NCBI GenBank assembly: GCA_964585785.1
Contig: CAZPFL010000001.1
Location: forward strand, 3,219-67,218
Direction: 5' to 3'
Source: an uncultured Rhodospirillaceae bacterium
GTDB taxonomy: Bacteria > Pseudomonadota > Alphaproteobacteria > UBA8366
DNA length: 64,000 bases
The notes beneath the pieces are model-generated. The model saw only the letters and a list, made by a program, of their open reading frames with translations, ran no database searches and was not told where the DNA came from. Positions 62,434 to 64,000 of the stretch are shown in pieces; positions within the stretch are counted from its first letter, which is position 1, and each line of letters begins with the position of its first letter. A program made the translations under genes and the position numbers.

Positions 62434-63224
62434 GGCGCCGCGTCACTCCCCGGCAGGCGGCGCCACGGCAGCAGATAGGATTCGCCATCATGGCTGCCGC
62501 GTAACGCCGCGATCCGATAAACCGCGGCCAGGTTTGCGGCGGACAGGGTCACTTCCGCCGGACCCTCGGCGATGATCAGGCCGCGGTCGATCAGCACGAC
62601 CCTGTCGCAATACCGCATGGCAAGCGTCAGATCGTGCAGCACCACGGCCACCGCATGGCCACGCCGCGCGAGGGATTCCAGGTGATCCATCACCTCGAGG
62701 CTGTGATACGGGTCGAGGTCGGCGACCGGCTCGTCGGCGAGCAGCAGCGCCGGGTCCGATGCCAGGGCGCGCGCCAGCATGGCCCGTGCGAGCTCGCCAC
62801 TCGACAGCGTGCCGGCGCGCCGGCCGCCGAGATGGCCGACATTCGTCGCCTCCATCGCGCTGCGAATTGCCCGCCGGTCCGCCGCCGCCGGGCGCTGCCA
62901 GGCGGCGATATGCGGCAGGCGGCCGAGCGCCACAACACGCTCCACCGTCATCGCCCAATGGCATTCCGGATGCTGCGGCAGATAGGCGACGCGGCGGGCA
63001 AGATCCGCCCGTCCCCAATGCGCGAGCGACCGACCGTCCAGCTCGACGGCGCCGCTCTCCGGCTCCAGCAGCCCCGCCATGACGCGCAGCAATGTAGACT
63101 TGCCCGCGCCGTTCGGCCCGACGATCCCGAGCATCTCGCCGCCTCTCAGCGACAGGCTGATGCCGTCGACGATGGCACGCGACTCGCGGATGACGCGGAT
63201 CTCGGACAGGCGCATCTCTGTCAT
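62430..63224 (-). CDS. ABC transporter ATP-binding protein, iron-chelate/heme/cobalamin (FecE/HmuV) type
   Basis: 264 aa. GIVGPNGAGKSTLLRVMAGL and LSSGELARAMLARALASDPALLLADEPVADLD. ATGA overlap with the permease stop. Confidence 0.85.
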   Translation of the reverse strand: MTEMRLSEIRVIRESRAIVDGISLSLRGGEMLGIVGPNGAGKSTLLRVMAGLLEPESGAVELDGRSLAHWGRADLARRVAYLPQHPECHWAMTVERVVALGRLPHIAAWQRPAAADRRAIRSAMEATNVGHLGGRRAGTLSSGELARAMLARALASDPALLLADEPVADLDPYHSLEVMDHLESLARRGHAVAVVLHDLTLAMRYCDRVVLIDRGLIIAEGPAEVTLSAANLAAVYRIAALRGSHDGESYLLPWRRLPGSDAAP

Positions 63225-64000
63225 GCCATCTCCCGCCGCGTCTTGAAGATGAGGAAGAGAAAGAACGGCACGCCGATAAGCGCGGTGACCACGCCGAGGC
63301 GCAGCTCCGCCGTGGTTGGAACGATCCGGACGCCGATATCGGCCAGCAGCAGCAGGATCGCCCCGCCGAGCGCGCTGGCCGGCAGCAGGCGGCGCGGCTC
63401 ATATTGGACGAATGGCCGCAGCAGATGGGGGACGACGAGGCCGACGAAGCCGATCGATCCGGAGACCGCGACCGACGCGCCGACGGCGAGCGCGGTGCCG
63501 ACGATCATCAGGATGCGCGTCCGGGTCAGGCTGATGCCGAGGCTGCTGGCCGTGTCGTCGCCCAGCGTCAACGCATCGAGCGCGCGCCCGCAGCTCGCGA
63601 TGCAAAGACAGCCAACCGCGATGAACGGCAACGTGAGCCAGACGTGATCCATGCTGCGGTCGGCAAGCGAGCCCATCAGCCAGAACACGATCTCCGTCAC
63701 GGCGAAAAGATTGTTGGACAGGTTGATCGCGAGCGAGATCAGCGCGGCGCCGAGGCTGCTGATCGCGACGCCGGCGAGGATAATGGTCAAGGCCGACGCT
63801 TCGTGGCCGGAGAGCAAGAAAAGAAGGCTTACGGCGATCAGCGCGCCCAGCATCGCGCAGCCCGGCAGCGCCAGCGGGAAGGCCGTGTAGAGGCCGAAAT
63901 ACATCGCGATCACCCCGCCGAGCGCGGCCAGCGAGGACGCGCCGATCAGCCCGGGCTCGGCCAGCGGATTGCGGAAGAGCCCTTGCAGCCCCGCGCCGGA
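63221..64000 (-). CDS. FecCD-family iron-chelate/heme ABC permease, N-terminus outside window
   Basis: The frame stays open to base 64000 (GAGLQGLFRNPLAEPGLIGASS...). C-terminus GFVGLVVPHLLRPF...ELRLGVVTALIGVPFFLFLI is typical of FecCD/BtuC. Confidence 0.85.
   Translation of the reverse strand, partial: SGAGLQGLFRNPLAEPGLIGASSLAALGGVIAMYFGLYTAFPLALPGCAMLGALIAVSLLFLLSGHEASALTIILAGVAISSLGAALISLAINLSNNLFAVTEIVFWLMGSLADRSMDHVWLTLPFIAVGCLCIASCGRALDALTLGDDTASSLGISLTRTRILMIVGTALAVGASVAVSGSIGFVGLVVPHLLRPFVQYEPRRLLPASALGGAILLLLADIGVRIVPTTAELRLGVVTALIGVPFFLFLIFKTRREMA

Overview
High-GC, almost fully coding chromosomal segment. Gene content and codon usage look alphaproteobacterial (Rhizobiales/Bradyrhizobium-like), but that taxonomy is inference. 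No rRNA, tRNA, CRISPR array or intact mobile element was seen.

(1) Bases 1-39.3 kb hold about 31 soluble-enzyme genes with no recognisable regulator or transporter. They comprise:
- a 5'-truncated sulfatase and two aminotransferases;
- a hyuA-hyuB-AtuA(DUF1446)-DUF4387-NtaA-type monooxygenase operon;
- an 11 kb minus-strand array with amidase, TauD, three divergent MmgE/PrpD paralogues, an amidohydrolase, an ICL/PEP-mutase-family enzyme and a CapA-like protein;
- three more Fe(II)/2OG dioxygenases, OYE, MaoC, an RraA-type aldolase, LLM oxidoreductases, a stand-alone Mo oxidoreductase and mug.

Embedded in this stretch are two IS3-family transposase relics in the same orientation (about 20.0-20.2 kb and 30.2-30.3 kb). 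There is also a roughly 180 bp intergenic element present twice (21725-21904 and 30918-31098), and an AT-rich patch with a helically phased TTCCCTGT repeat array.

(2) Bases 39.3-54.5 kb carry two paralogous membrane-fusion-protein + ABC exporter systems: one YbhGFSR-like with a divergent TetR and palindromic operator, one YhiI-RbbA-YhhJ-like. They flank an FtrABCD-type iron-uptake cluster in permuted order.

(3) Bases 54.5-64 kb carry an enolase-superfamily enzyme, a GT2, a VanZ protein with a LamG insertion, and an EPS-type wHTH regulator translationally coupled to a NusG/RfaH paralogue. These are followed by an orphan Flp pilin behind a very AT-rich leader, cspA, a GT8-like gene, and tonB coupled to a FecCD/FecE-type importer that is cut by the window end.

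Best candidates for undescribed biology:
- the triple-PrpD/CapA/ICL array;
- the hyuAB-AtuA-DUF4387-NtaA operon;
- the wHTH-NusG-paralogue-Flp module;
- the duplicated 180 bp element;
- the phased repeat array.

I found no classical defence, toxin-antitoxin or secretion system. All family calls come from reading the translations by eye, without database searches.
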